DNA of 64,000 nucleotides from assembly GCA_001789725.1 (NCBI GenBank), contig MGAM01000015.1, positions 12,470 to 76,469 on the forward strand. Direction: 5' to 3'. The translations under genes were made by a program, and so were the position numbers. The first letter of the stretch is position 1. Each line of letters opens with the position of its first letter. The DNA comes from Candidatus Roizmanbacteria bacterium RIFCSPLOWO2_01_FULL_39_19 (GTDB lineage Bacteria > Patescibacteriota > Microgenomatia > UBA1406 > HO2-37-13b). Below the pieces are notes generated by a model that was not told where the DNA came from, ran no database searches, and saw only the letters and a list, made by a program, of their open reading frames with translations. Below are positions 24,139 through 34,379 of this stretch, piece by piece.

Positions 24139-25251
24139 ATGAAATTTTTAATTGATAAAGATGTTTTTCAAAAAGAAATAACCAACGCCGTAAAATTCAC
24201 TTCTTCCCAGCTATCTTCGCTCCCTTCTCTTCAGGGAGTGTTTATTGAGCTTGTAAACAAATCTTTTACTCTAAAATCAACAAACTTAAACGACTTTTAC
24301 CAAACTACTCTACCTACAGAAAGCAGCGACTCGTTTAAGGCCATTTTTGATGCCAAAAAAGTCCTGGAATTTTTAAATGTTTTACCGCAAGGAAAAATAA
24401 CAATATCCCTTAAACCGTCGGGGTTGTTAATATTATCGCCCTCACTCCAAGGCGAGTTTAATCTATTTCAATTAGATGACTATCCCGCTTTTCCGGAAAC
24501 CGACAGCCAAGAAGAAGTTGTATTGACTGAAGAAATGGTAAGCACCTTACCCCTTGTTTTGTTTTCATCCTCCCGCGATGATGCTCGTCCAGTATTAACA
24601 GGGGTTCTAATTGAATCCAAAGACGAAGTGGCCCGGTTTGTGACAACGGACGGGTTTAGACTTTCGGTTTCAAACTTTACAACAGACAATGCTAACAACT
24701 GGTCGTTTATCGCATCAAGTAGGTTCCTTCAAGAATTAATTGTTTTATACAAAGGCAAGGAACTTCATCTTAAATATTCAAAAGAAAATAAGGTTTTTAT
24801 TTCCAAATTTGGGAACACCCGCCTTATATCCAGAACAATCGAGGGAGATTTTCCGCCATATCAAAAGGTAATTCCTGATAAATCAACCACGAACATAACT
24901 TTAGATGTTTTAAAACTTTCAAAAAACATAAAAGCAGTCTCTATTTTTGCAAGAGATCAATCTAATATTATTATTCTGGATATTCAGAAAAACCTTCTTA
25001 CTATTAAGCCCAAAGGACAAAAAGGAGAAAGTTCATACGCTACGCAAGAGATAGTTTCTTTTGATGGAGAACCAATTAAAATTGCTTTTAACTATCGTTT
25101 TATTCTTGATTTTTTAAATATTATTCCATTTGAAAAAATAACCGTAGGGTTAACCACATCTGTGTCCCCAGTTGTTTTTAAAGAAGACAGTGGGGATCCC
25201 AACTATCTTCATATAATAATGCCGCTAAGGACAGAAGAGATAGAAGGCTAA
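24139..25251 (+). CDS. dnaN: DNA polymerase III beta sliding clamp
   Basis: 370 aa, positioned after dnaA, with typical three-domain clamp sequence features (e.g. RLISRTIEGDFPPYQKVIP). Confidence 0.85.
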   Translation: MKFLIDKDVFQKEITNAVKFTSSQLSSLPSLQGVFIELVNKSFTLKSTNLNDFYQTTLPTESSDSFKAIFDAKKVLEFLNVLPQGKITISLKPSGLLILSPSLQGEFNLFQLDDYPAFPETDSQEEVVLTEEMVSTLPLVLFSSSRDDARPVLTGVLIESKDEVARFVTTDGFRLSVSNFTTDNANNWSFIASSRFLQELIVLYKGKELHLKYSKENKVFISKFGNTRLISRTIEGDFPPYQKVIPDKSTTNITLDVLKLSKNIKAVSIFARDQSNIIILDIQKNLLTIKPKGQKGESSYATQEIVSFDGEPIKIAFNYRFILDFLNIIPFEKITVGLTTSVSPVVFKEDSGDPNYLHIIMPLRTEEIEG

Positions 25252-27003
25252 TTACTTTTTTGTTTCAATGATTTCTTTTTCTTGGTTTGATGCAATTACT
25301 TGTATTGCAACGTGGGACCGTCCGGCAAAAAAAAGCCCTTCCCCAATTCCGCCCGATAACAAAAGCTGTTTCTCTCCCGCCGTTAGATTAAAAACACCCG
25401 ATAATAATTCTATTGCTGCGGGGGACTGTTTGAGTAGTATTTGAAGAGACGAGTTGGTTAAAATTGCCCGGCCCTGTTGAGTGCTCAAAAAATCCTCAAC
25501 ATCCTGAGTTACCGTTGTTAATCCCAGGTCATATTTCCTGGCCCTTTTGGCAAAGTCAAATAAATAATCAGCGGAATCTTTGTGTTTGATTAAATACCAA
25601 GCTTCATCAACAACAAGAATACGGCGCTTGTCGTCATTTCGAATTAGGTTCCAAATGAAGTTTAAAACAACATACATTGCAATTGGTCTTAAATTTTCCT
25701 CTAAATCTCTTATCCCAAACACAGTGTAGGGGTTGTTGATTTTAAAGTTTGATTGACTGTTGAAAATTCCAGACGCTGATCCCTTAATAAATTTTTCCAA
25801 CCTATAGGCGATATCTTGTCCCTCCTGTGTTTCATACCCCAGCATTATTTTATAAACATCTTCCAAAAGTGGCGGCTCATTATAAAACGTTTTTGGATCG
25901 TCGGTTATCCCCTTCTGCTTATAGGAAGCAACTATTGCCCTGTCAACAATTGCGTCTTGTGATGGGGTTAAGTCTCCCACCATAACCCCAATTAACGAAT
26001 GAAGGTTGAGAATTTTGTTTGATAGCTCATCAACTTCAGGATTTATTGTATTTAAATCAAACGGATTAACCCGAAACTCAGACTTCAGTGAAAAAGATAA
26101 AAATTCCCCGCCAAGCGAGTCAGCTATGTGTTCATATTCATTTTCAGGATCAACAACAAGAACATCAATCCCCAACATAAGCGTTCTAATGGTTTCGAGC
26201 TTTATCAAGAAACTTTTTCCCCCGCCTGACTTGCCAAGGACCGCGGAGTTTGCCGATTCAAGCTTGAACCTATCAAACAAAATTAAGCTTCCATCAAGCT
26301 GGTTGACCCCGTATAGGATCCCCATTGTATCAGTTAATGACGAAGTTGAAAATGGAAATGTCATAGCCAAAGACGCAGTATCCATATTCCGCCAAACTTG
26401 TAATCTGTCGGTGAATAAAGGAAGAGTGGACTTGAACCCCTCCTCCATCTCAAGAGTGGCCTTTTTAGCAACAACAAGCAGTGACGACAAAAGAGAGTCA
26501 ACCTCACGGGTGATGGTTTCTAGTTCTTCTAAAGTTTCTGCAGGAATAGTAATATAGAGGCCAAACTGAAAAAAACGCTCTGACCCTTGGGCCAACTCTG
26601 CCTGGATAGACAGGGCGTCGTTTAGTGCAACTTGGACCGATGGGTCAACGACTTTTCCTGCTTTTATATCACCCTCGATTGTTGCCTCCATTTCGGTGAT
26701 TTTCCTCTTTATTTGTTTAAGCATTTCTCCCGACTCGGTGGGATAGATAAAATAGGAAATGTATAAAGGATGATCATAGGCAATTAATTGGTTTAACCAG
26801 TTTGATTGTACATATCGAGGGTAACCAACAACAAAAAGGGTTCGGTAGTATTTATCATCAATTTTCAAATGATTAAAATCAACCTCAACAAATGAGGGAG
26901 CAATTAAATCTTTAACAGAAACAGACCCCCGTCCCATTTGTTGAGAAAAGGGTTTCGTAGAAACTTCTTGCTTTGATTCTTTTTTTTGTGAAAAAAAAAG
27001 CAT
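25252..27003 (-). CDS. VirB4/TraC/TrbE-like type IV secretion ATPase
   Basis: Walker A VLGKSGGGKSF and Walker B ILVVDEAWYL, with an N-terminal VirB4-type domain. The ATG at 27001-27003 lies 1 nt after the upstream gene's stop. Its stop codon directly abuts the dnaN stop. Confidence 0.8.
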   Translation of the reverse strand: MLFFSQKKESKQEVSTKPFSQQMGRGSVSVKDLIAPSFVEVDFNHLKIDDKYYRTLFVVGYPRYVQSNWLNQLIAYDHPLYISYFIYPTESGEMLKQIKRKITEMEATIEGDIKAGKVVDPSVQVALNDALSIQAELAQGSERFFQFGLYITIPAETLEELETITREVDSLLSSLLVVAKKATLEMEEGFKSTLPLFTDRLQVWRNMDTASLAMTFPFSTSSLTDTMGILYGVNQLDGSLILFDRFKLESANSAVLGKSGGGKSFLIKLETIRTLMLGIDVLVVDPENEYEHIADSLGGEFLSFSLKSEFRVNPFDLNTINPEVDELSNKILNLHSLIGVMVGDLTPSQDAIVDRAIVASYKQKGITDDPKTFYNEPPLLEDVYKIMLGYETQEGQDIAYRLEKFIKGSASGIFNSQSNFKINNPYTVFGIRDLEENLRPIAMYVVLNFIWNLIRNDDKRRILVVDEAWYLIKHKDSADYLFDFAKRARKYDLGLTTVTQDVEDFLSTQQGRAILTNSSLQILLKQSPAAIELLSGVFNLTAGEKQLLLSGGIGEGLFFAGRSHVAIQVIASNQEKEIIETKK

Positions 27004-27004
27004 G

Positions 27005-27649
27005 TTATTTAGTAACAACAAAATTTGTATAGGTATTGATTGGAGCCAATCGTCTTCCGGTTTGTGACGGATTAAATAGATTATAAAACAACTCAACGAT
27101 CTCTTGTTGTTTCAAAACCCGTCCTCCAAGCCCGCCTTTCTCAAGCATTTTAACAATATGATCGCGTTTAGGATAAAGGGAGGCTTTGGCCCGGGCAAAA
27201 ACATAAGCTGGGTCGGTTTTCTTCAAAGCAACCGCTCCCATCTCAAGGGGGGAGAATGGGATTACAATGTAAAAACTCTTTTCAATTATTGAGTTTTGTC
27301 TCACTGTGTTTTTAATAAATTCTTTATAAGATTCTAAATAAGTTATCATTTTTTCGTTTTGCTGATTAAGAGTGTTGAGGTAATTTAAATAGGAGAAAAT
27401 ATCGGTTTTTTTTGAAAGAATGAGAATTTGAATGGGGAACGAGAGAGAGTTGATTAACTGAGAAAATGAAAAGATAATTGCCTGTTGTTCGTCAGGAGAC
27501 AGTAATTGAAAATTAACTCCACTGGACTCAATAATACAACAACACCTTCGATCGCTCATTAAAAGAACATCGTCATCAACCGCCTCAATTTCAACAAACT
27601 GTTGTGTGGTTGCTTTAACTGGGGCAACGATATTATTTTGCTTGCTCAT
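27005..27649 (-). CDS. T4SS-associated protein of unknown function
   Basis: 214-aa ORF, translationally coupled on both sides (4-nt overlap upstream, 1-nt gap downstream) within the PrgI-like/VirB4-like operon. Confidence 0.5.
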   Translation of the reverse strand: MSKQNNIVAPVKATTQQFVEIEAVDDDVLLMSDRRCCCIIESSGVNFQLLSPDEQQAIIFSFSQLINSLSFPIQILILSKKTDIFSYLNYLNTLNQQNEKMITYLESYKEFIKNTVRQNSIIEKSFYIVIPFSPLEMGAVALKKTDPAYVFARAKASLYPKRDHIVKMLEKGGLGGRVLKQQEIVELFYNLFNPSQTGRRLAPINTYTNFVVTK

Positions 27650-28512
27650 ACGACTTCTTTTGATTGTAAATTAAGATCAACAGGAATATCTGGGGACGTA
27701 ATGTGAAAATTTATTGTATCAAAAAAATAATTATTGCCCAAATCGCGCGCTTCAAGAATATATTCTCCCGTATTCAGCGGGCGATATAGAGCAAACGCTC
27801 CCCGAGCGTCAGTTTTAAGCATCCTTACCGAGTTTAATTGTTTATCTTTCACATACACCATGATATTTGGTAATTTAATTCCTTTACCATTTTCAATGGT
27901 TCCTTTTATATAAGCCGTCTCTTCTGTACTGCCCGCTGATGCAGCTTTTTGAGAGGTTGTAGGCTCTTGTTGCAGTTTGTCCGGCTGGTCTTGGACAGCC
28001 GCTTCCTGCTGGGGCTCCTGCGTTGGCATGGGTTCTACAAATGTTACATCTTGCGCTTGGGAATTTTCATGAATTGTCTCTGTGGGCATGACGAGGGGGG
28101 TTGGTGTTTGAATGTTGTTTTTACCAATATTAAGATATTTATTAATCTTATCTTGAGCATCAATGTGGGTATTGACAACTTGAGGATCAGGATTGGGCGG
28201 GGCTTGAAATACGCCTAGGACACCAACGTCTTTTTTATAAAAATATTGAGAGGGAGTGGTAAGGCGGATAAACAAATTCCTTACCCAAACATCAAAAGGT
28301 CGCTCGTTTATTTTAATAAAAGCAAAAGCAACCCCGACACTACCAACCACAACCCCTAGTATTAAATTTAAATAAGGAATTTGTATAAGAAGAAAAATTA
28401 AAAATCCAAGACCGGCAAAAAAAATAATGTAGAGAAATTGTTTTATAGTTAAAAAACCTATTAATTTAAACTCAAAAGTGGTGATTTGGCGGGGAATTGA
28501 ATGTGGTTCCAT
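27646..28512 (-). CDS. PrgI-family (VirB3-like) membrane protein with a C-terminal Ig/CarboxypepD_reg-like domain
   Basis: IPRQITTFEFKLIGFLTIKQFLYIIFFAGLGFLIFLL plus a second TM matches the PrgI-type N-terminus. A Q/P-rich linker follows, then a beta-rich C-domain (YILEARDLGNNYF). Confidence 0.55.
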   Translation of the reverse strand: MEPHSIPRQITTFEFKLIGFLTIKQFLYIIFFAGLGFLIFLLIQIPYLNLILGVVVGSVGVAFAFIKINERPFDVWVRNLFIRLTTPSQYFYKKDVGVLGVFQAPPNPDPQVVNTHIDAQDKINKYLNIGKNNIQTPTPLVMPTETIHENSQAQDVTFVEPMPTQEPQQEAAVQDQPDKLQQEPTTSQKAASAGSTEETAYIKGTIENGKGIKLPNIMVYVKDKQLNSVRMLKTDARGAFALYRPLNTGEYILEARDLGNNYFFDTINFHITSPDIPVDLNLQSKEVV

Positions 28513-28582
28513 ACTAGCACCCAGTATACCAATAAAACCAGCAGGATTTTCAGGGCGATTTTTGGGTATAATGTTCCCGTTA

Positions 28583-29587
28583 ATGGATATAGAAAAAATT
28601 ACTATCGTTGGCGGAGGACCGGCGGGGCTGGCAGCTGCAATTTATAACGCCCGGGCATTTTTAAGCCCTCTTGTTATTGCCGGCTCCCCCTCAGGTGGGC
28701 AGTTGATGTTGACGGCCGACGTTGAAAATTACCCAGGATATGAGTCAATATCGGGCCCCGATCTTATTAAGAAGTATAAGGATCACGCTCTAAAATTCGG
28801 GACCCGTTTTATTGAAGAAAACGTAAGTAAGGTTGATTTTAGTAAACGACCCCTCACTCTAACTCTCTCATCGGGTAAAGCCGTAAAATCACAATCGGTT
28901 CTAATTGCAACCGGGGCGGACGCTGACTGGCTAAATCTTCCGTCAGAGCAGCGCTTAAGAGGTAAAGGAGTTTCAGCATGTGCAACGTGCGATGGATTCT
29001 TTTTTAAAGGAAAAGAAGTTGCTGTTGTGGGTGGAGGAGACACGGCAATGGAGGAGGCGCTAACATTAACTAAATTTGCAACAAAAGTGTATGTAATTCA
29101 TCGTCGTGATAAATTCAGAGCCTCACAAATTATGCAAAGGAGAGTTTTAAATCACGAAAAGATTGAAGTGTTATGGAATACAACAGTCGGGGAAGTATTA
29201 GGTGAAGATCGCGTGGAGGGCATAAAAATTAAGACTGACGGAGAAGAATCAAACCTTGATGCCCAAGGGCTTTTTCTAGCAATCGGTCACAAACCGGCAA
29301 CGGGATTTTTAAAAGATTCAGGAGTCGAGATTGATGAGAAAGGATATTTATTCACTGCCGGCAGGTGCGCGTGGGAGGAAAAGTCAAAAAAAGGATTTCA
29401 CCATCAATGTTCAAGCTATAAAGCCGATCCAAAGCTATTTGAATCTGGGTTCTGGTATCAAACCAACATTCATGGGGTATTTGCAGCTGGGGATTGCGTT
29501 GATTATGTATACCGACAGGCAGCAACGGCGGTTGGCATGGGCGTGGCTGCTGCGCTTGAAGTTGAAAAATATCTAGCCGAGATCTAA
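28583..29587 (+). CDS. trxB: Thioredoxin-disulfide reductase
   Basis: IVGGGPAGLAAAIY, redox CATCDG, GGGDTAMEEA, and GVFAAGDC preceded by a ~35-aa insertion. The ATG at 28583 is preferred. Confidence 0.85.
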   Translation: MDIEKITIVGGGPAGLAAAIYNARAFLSPLVIAGSPSGGQLMLTADVENYPGYESISGPDLIKKYKDHALKFGTRFIEENVSKVDFSKRPLTLTLSSGKAVKSQSVLIATGADADWLNLPSEQRLRGKGVSACATCDGFFFKGKEVAVVGGGDTAMEEALTLTKFATKVYVIHRRDKFRASQIMQRRVLNHEKIEVLWNTTVGEVLGEDRVEGIKIKTDGEESNLDAQGLFLAIGHKPATGFLKDSGVEIDEKGYLFTAGRCAWEEKSKKGFHHQCSSYKADPKLFESGFWYQTNIHGVFAAGDCVDYVYRQAATAVGMGVAAALEVEKYLAEI

Positions 29588-30241
29588 GTTATTTCCCAAG
29601 TCAGAAAATCTTGAAAAGCATCGTTAATTGTACTCCCTTGAACATCAGACAGATCAATTGAACGGTGTTTTTGTAAAAGATTTTCGCATTTTCTGAGGTT
29701 GTTTCGATGTTTTCGTACGATCTGAGACGATGCCCATTGAGAATTTGGTTTGTGACCAGGTCGCGCTACCAAATCACCGAGACGCTCGTTAAATCCAACA
29801 ATTCCCCCGGGCGCAATGCGGTAATCACAATAGGTGGCAATTAATAGTGGCCAGTCATTTTGCGATAAAATAAGCCCTAATTCCTCAATACTAATTACTA
29901 TTAGTAATCTCAATAATGGAATTGCTGACGTCGATCTTATTTAAAATCTTTTCAGTCACAACGTGTGCGTCTGCTCCATATTTTTGAACAAAATTGTCTT
30001 TAACGTCCCTTAGTTCAGCAATCTTAGAAGGGCTGATAGGAATAGTTTTCACCGAAAAATCAAATTTTACGATGTTGCCCATGTCATGGACAAGTAGTGC
30101 TTTAATAAGGATATTTTGGTCGATCTTAATATCCTTCGACAGATTGTCAGCTATGATTTTCCCAAGCCCAGCAACACGCAACATATGGGTACGCAAATTT
30201 TCTGGAATAAAAAATCGGTTGTAAATATCCAAAAGTTTCAT
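29584..30241 (-). pseudogene. HD-domain protein split by a frameshift near 29890-29915
   Basis: ORF 29891..30241 carries the HD motif (LLVHDMGN). The overlapping ORF 29584..29913 continues the family-typical C-half (YCDYRIAPGGIVGFNERLGDL) in another frame. Confidence 0.5.
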
Positions 30242-30294
30242 ATGTTCAAGGGTATTGTCAACAAAATTACTCCAACGTGGAGTAATTGGTCAAC

Positions 30295-30540
30295 TCAAAT
30301 ATATTTAACGATTCCCCAGCGAGCTTTTAGAAGATCGATAAAAAAGTGCGACACAAGAATGATTATTAGTTGTAATGGTGAAAGCCCGGCTCCCAATAAA
30401 ACAAATGTTGCGGTATAAGTTGCAGCATGATAAAAGTTAACCTCATAACTTTTACCCTTATTTTGAGCCATCCAGTCAGTTTGAAAGGCAAAATCTCCAA
30501 TAAAATGTGCCGCAAGGGCGCGAATTAGTTGTTGCTCCAT
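30295..30540 (-). CDS. DUF3307-like small membrane protein
   Basis: HFIGDFAFQTDWMAQNK...SHFFIDLLK pattern; 81 aa. Confidence 0.55.
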   Translation of the reverse strand: MEQQLIRALAAHFIGDFAFQTDWMAQNKGKSYEVNFYHAATYTATFVLLGAGLSPLQLIIILVSHFFIDLLKARWGIVKYI

Positions 30541-30630
30541 GATTCTTAATATTAGATACTATATATATCATCAATATACAACATAGTAGTGCTATTTAAA
30601 CCTAGACCCTTTAGATTATAAATCCTATAG

Positions 30631-30703
30631 TCAGGGTGGCGGGACTTGAACCCGCGGCCTCTGTCCCCCCAGAACAGCGCGCTAGCCTCTGCGCCACACC
30701 CTG
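30631..30703 (-). tRNA. tRNA-Pro (anticodon GGG), CCA not encoded
   Basis: The reverse complement is CAGGGTGTGGCGCAGAGGCTAGCGCGCTGTTCTGGGGGGACAGAGGCCGCGGGTTCAAGTCCCGCCACCCTGA. It has the C1-G72 pair, a CUGGGGG anticodon loop and G37. Confidence 0.85.
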
Positions 30704-30780
30704 TTTTTTTACAAGACTCTTACCGAATTTTGTGTTGTTTTTTCCTAACCACCCCATTATACTAAACCAATTCTTTATTT

Positions 30781-31809
30781 ATGGCTACTTCAAACAAACT
30801 CGATCTAAACAAACAAAAAGCCGTAACTTCAGCTCTTGAAGCCATTCAAAAACAATTTGGTAAAGGAGCAATTATGCGACTTGGAGAGAGGTCAGCTATG
30901 GAAGTTGAGGTTTTAAAAACCGGCATTCCAACACTTGATATTGCCCTTGGCGTCGGTGGCGTACCCAAAGGTAGGATCCTTGAGGTTTACGGGCCAGAAG
31001 CCTCAGGGAAAACAACCCTTTGTTTGGCCATTATTGCCCAATCTCAACGTGAGGGAGGAGTGGCAGCGTTTATTGATGCCGAGCACGCTCTTGACCCTGC
31101 CTGGGCAAGGACGCTTGGAATAAAGCTTGATGACTTGCTTATTTCCCAACCTGACACCGGCGAACAAGCACTTGAAATTGCCGAAACCCTAATTCGTTCT
31201 GGCGGAATTGATGTTTTGGTTATTGACTCCGTTGCCGCGCTAGTCCCAAGATCCGAGATTGAGGGGGAGATGGGCGACTCCTCAATTGGAGTGCAAGCGC
31301 GACTAATGTCGCAGGCCTTAAGAAAGCTGACGAGCGTTGTTTCAAAATCAAACACAATTGTGATTTTCACTAACCAAATCAGACTCAAAATTGGCGTAAT
31401 GTTTGGCAATCCCGAAACAACCCCCGGCGGACTCGCATTGAAGTTTTATTCCTCCTTAAGAATGGACGTTAGGAAAAGTGAGGTTATCAAGAAAGGAGAA
31501 ATGGTCATCGGCTCGCGACATAAGGTAAAAATTGTTAAAAATAAAGTTGCTCCTCCGTTTAAGATCGCAATGTTCTCAGTTACCGCCCAAGGGATTGATC
31601 AGGAAGATTCACTGATTGAGGCAGCACTGCAAACGGGCGCCATGTCAGCGTCAGGTTCTTTCATTAAATACAACGATAAAACACTGGGCCAAGGACGAAC
31701 CCAAGTTGCTGATCTTCTTCGCAAGGACGCTAAACTAAAAGCGCAAATAGAAAAAGAAGTGCAAAAAAAAGCATCAAGCGTACAAGATCCTCCACCACAG
31801 ACTGAATAA
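30781..31809 (+). CDS. recA: Recombinase RecA
   Basis: [10 protein letters not shown] Walker [10 protein letters not shown], and the VIDSVAAL motifs. Confidence 0.95.
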   Translation: MATSNKLDLNKQKAVTSALEAIQKQFGKGAIMRLGERSAMEVEVLKTGIPTLDIALGVGGVPKGRILEVYGPEASGKTTLCLAIIAQSQREGGVAAFIDAEHALDPAWARTLGIKLDDLLISQPDTGEQALEIAETLIRSGGIDVLVIDSVAALVPRSEIEGEMGDSSIGVQARLMSQALRKLTSVVSKSNTIVIFTNQIRLKIGVMFGNPETTPGGLALKFYSSLRMDVRKSEVIKKGEMVIGSRHKVKIVKNKVAPPFKIAMFSVTAQGIDQEDSLIEAALQTGAMSASGSFIKYNDKTLGQGRTQVADLLRKDAKLKAQIEKEVQKKASSVQDPPPQTE

Positions 31810-31811
31810 TA

Positions 31812-32279
31812 ATGGGAAGACCACATCCAACAGATCGCCGCCTAGATAGATTTCTTGGGTTTCGCCCTCGCTCCATAGAAGAAACGAAAGATTTTCTTGA
31901 AAAACGACTTCAGCTTAGTGAGGATGAGCAGGAAAAACACATTACAAAACTCATTTCCTCAGGAATTCTTGATGATTTAGCCTTTACTCGTTGGTGGGTT
32001 GATGCAAGAACACTGAAACGTCCCCGCTCTTTTTTTCTAATAAAACATGAACTTTACAAAAAAGGAGTGAGTAAAGACATCATAGAGAAAGTTTTAAAGG
32101 AAAGTGGAGCCAATGATAAAGATACAATTAAAGCCCTTCTTGAAAAGAAAATACCCAGTTTTAGTCATAAATACACAGGAGAAGAAATGACTCAGAAATT
32201 GATTGTTTTCTTAATGCGCCGTGGCTACTCATATTCACTTTCAAGACATGCGGTTGAAGATTTCCTTTCAAAGGAGTAG
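31812..32279 (+). CDS. recX: Regulatory protein RecX
   Basis: Immediately downstream of recA. Helical-repeat protein with LDDLAFTRWWVDAR. Confidence 0.75.
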   Translation: MGRPHPTDRRLDRFLGFRPRSIEETKDFLEKRLQLSEDEQEKHITKLISSGILDDLAFTRWWVDARTLKRPRSFFLIKHELYKKGVSKDIIEKVLKESGANDKDTIKALLEKKIPSFSHKYTGEEMTQKLIVFLMRRGYSYSLSRHAVEDFLSKE

Positions 32280-32357
32280 AATGCTTATTAACAAGTTGTT
32301 TGTTGAGTTTAATCATTATACATTTTAAGCAAATCTTTAAAGTCCATGCATTTTTAT

Positions 32358-32405
32358 AAAAGAATTTTTCACAAATACGCTGCTTTCGGGCAGGCGCATT
32401 CTTTT
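32358..32405 (+). terminator. Long imperfect hairpin with a U-rich 3' arm downstream of recX
   Basis: AAAAGAAU (32358-32365) pairs with AUUCUUUU (32398-32405). The inner stem is GCUGC..GCAG. Confidence 0.35.
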
Positions 32406-32451
32406 ATCCTCCTTGCTCTATAAAGATTTGTAAACAAATAACCTGCTTTTT

Positions 32452-33948
32452 ATGAAGGTAATAAAACTTGAGGAGCTGGTTCCTTTCCTGAAAAGAAATA
32501 AAATTGACGGTGTTCAAATAGGTGAATTACCAGAAGATGCTGGAGCAACTCGGGAGACCAGAGAATCTCTCGATAGGGCCAGGATCGAGGCCAAAGAAAT
32601 TGTTGTTAAGGCAAAAGAGGAAGCGCTTCGAATTGAAAAAGGAGCGGAAGATACTGCAAAACGCATAACTGGGGAAGTTGTTGAACTAGAAAAAAGGATC
32701 AATGCCAAACAGGCCGAACTTGACACAGCCGAAAAAAGAACTAATGAAAAACAGGCCCAACTTGAAAAAGAACTAGTAGCGGTTAGAGAAAAAAGAGAAG
32801 AAATTCTTCAAAAACTAGAGAAGGTTTCGGGACTCTCGAAAGATCAGGCCAAAGACTTGATATTAAAAGGCTGGGAAGAAAAACTAAAAGGAGAAATTGC
32901 CAGAAGAATCCGCGAGAGCGAAGAAGATATACGGGCAAAAGCTGAAGAGGTAGCTAGAGAAATTCTGGTTGATACTATGCGCTTTGGGGCGGTTGATTTT
33001 ACGGCAGAATACACCCTCTCTACCATCGCAATTCCAAACGACGAATTTAAGGGGAGAATAATTGGTAAGGAAGGTCGGAATATTAGGTCATTTGAACTGG
33101 CAACGGGGGTTGATGTTGATCTGGAGGAAGAAGGAGTTATTAAACTGTCCTCATTTGATGCGGTCAGGCGAGAAATAGCTCGAGTGTCAATGGAGAGGCT
33201 TATTAAAGACGGCCGTATTCAACCGCCTCGGATTGAGGAGATTGTTAAAAAAACAGGTGAGGATATTGAAAAAGTAATGCAAAAAGCCGGCGAGGACTTG
33301 TGCCATAGCGTCGGCGTGTATAGCCTACCCATTGATTTAATTAAAATGCTGGGGAGATTTAAATATCGCTATTCATACGGCCAAAACATGATTCTTCACA
33401 CTCTTGAAGAGACTAAAATTGGGATTGCTATTGCTAATGAGGTTGGTGCCGATGTGATGACTGTTAAACTTGGCTGCTTGCTTCATGATATTGGCAAGAT
33501 TGTCGCCGATAAAGAAGGTTCACACATTCAACTTGGGGTTGATCTGCTGCAAAAACACAAACTTCCCCAAAAAGTGATCGATGCTGTTGCTTCTCACCAC
33601 GAGGACGTTCCCTTCTCCTCTGTTGAGGCGGTTATTGTCTACATAGCTGATGCAATGTCAGGTGGCAGACCGGGGGCACGACACGAGGATTTTGAAGAAT
33701 ACTTAAAAAGAATTAAAACAATTGAAGCAGCAGCAAAGTTACAAAAAGGAGTGGCAGAAGTTTACGCGCTTCAGGCGGGACGAGAGCTAAGGGTAATAGT
33801 TCGCCCCGAGGAAGTCACCGAAGATGAGATGACAATAATGGGAGCTAATATAAGAGCTGAAATTGAGGAGAAGTTTCCAACATTTCCAGGCCAGGTGAAA
33901 ATTACCATTATCAGAGAAGTGCGTACTGTTGCAACAAGTCATTCTTGA
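32452..33948 (+). CDS. rny: Ribonuclease Y
   Basis: Coiled coil, then a KH domain (IGKEGRNIRSFE), then an HD domain (LLHDIGK...ASHHED). Confidence 0.9.
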   Translation: MKVIKLEELVPFLKRNKIDGVQIGELPEDAGATRETRESLDRARIEAKEIVVKAKEEALRIEKGAEDTAKRITGEVVELEKRINAKQAELDTAEKRTNEKQAQLEKELVAVREKREEILQKLEKVSGLSKDQAKDLILKGWEEKLKGEIARRIRESEEDIRAKAEEVAREILVDTMRFGAVDFTAEYTLSTIAIPNDEFKGRIIGKEGRNIRSFELATGVDVDLEEEGVIKLSSFDAVRREIARVSMERLIKDGRIQPPRIEEIVKKTGEDIEKVMQKAGEDLCHSVGVYSLPIDLIKMLGRFKYRYSYGQNMILHTLEETKIGIAIANEVGADVMTVKLGCLLHDIGKIVADKEGSHIQLGVDLLQKHKLPQKVIDAVASHHEDVPFSSVEAVIVYIADAMSGGRPGARHEDFEEYLKRIKTIEAAAKLQKGVAEVYALQAGRELRVIVRPEEVTEDEMTIMGANIRAEIEEKFPTFPGQVKITIIREVRTVATSHS

Positions 33949-34084
33949 TACAGATTGTTACAGTAAGTTATTCTAAATCCGGATTGACAAGAGGCTTCAA
34001 ACCTATTACCATGTCTTGTAAGGTTTAATAAAATTATTAAATTCTTTTTTCTATTACAAAAACACAAAAGGGGGTGAGTGCAAA

Positions 34085-34357
34085 ATGACAAAAGCTGATT
34101 TAGTTGCCCAAGTTGCCAAAAAAGCAAATCTTACAAACAAGGCTGCCAAAGATGCAGTGAGCGCAGTATTTGGAACAATTTCCGAGGCTCTAAAACGAGG
34201 GGAAAAAGTCGTTGTTACGGGATTTGGAACATTTTTGGTTAGAAAAAGAGCATCCAGAAAGGGACGCAATCCTCAAACCGGAGCAGAGATTCAGATTCCA
34301 GCAACGGTAACTCCGGGATTTACCGCCGGAAAATCGTTAAAGAGACTTACAAAGTAA
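34085..34357 (+). CDS. hup: DNA-binding protein HU
   Basis: MTKADLVAQVAKKANLT...GFGTFLVRKRASRKGRNPQTGAEIQIPA. Confidence 0.9.
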   Translation: MTKADLVAQVAKKANLTNKAAKDAVSAVFGTISEALKRGEKVVVTGFGTFLVRKRASRKGRNPQTGAEIQIPATVTPGFTAGKSLKRLTK

Positions 34358-34379
34358 TACTTGTTAACAAGAGACAGGC

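Noticed and set aside
30704-30780. Looked for a LexA/SOS box upstream of recA.
   Set aside because: There is only a loose CTGT...ACAA resemblance, with no convincing palindrome of either the CTGT-N8-ACAG or the CGAAC-N4-GTTCG type.
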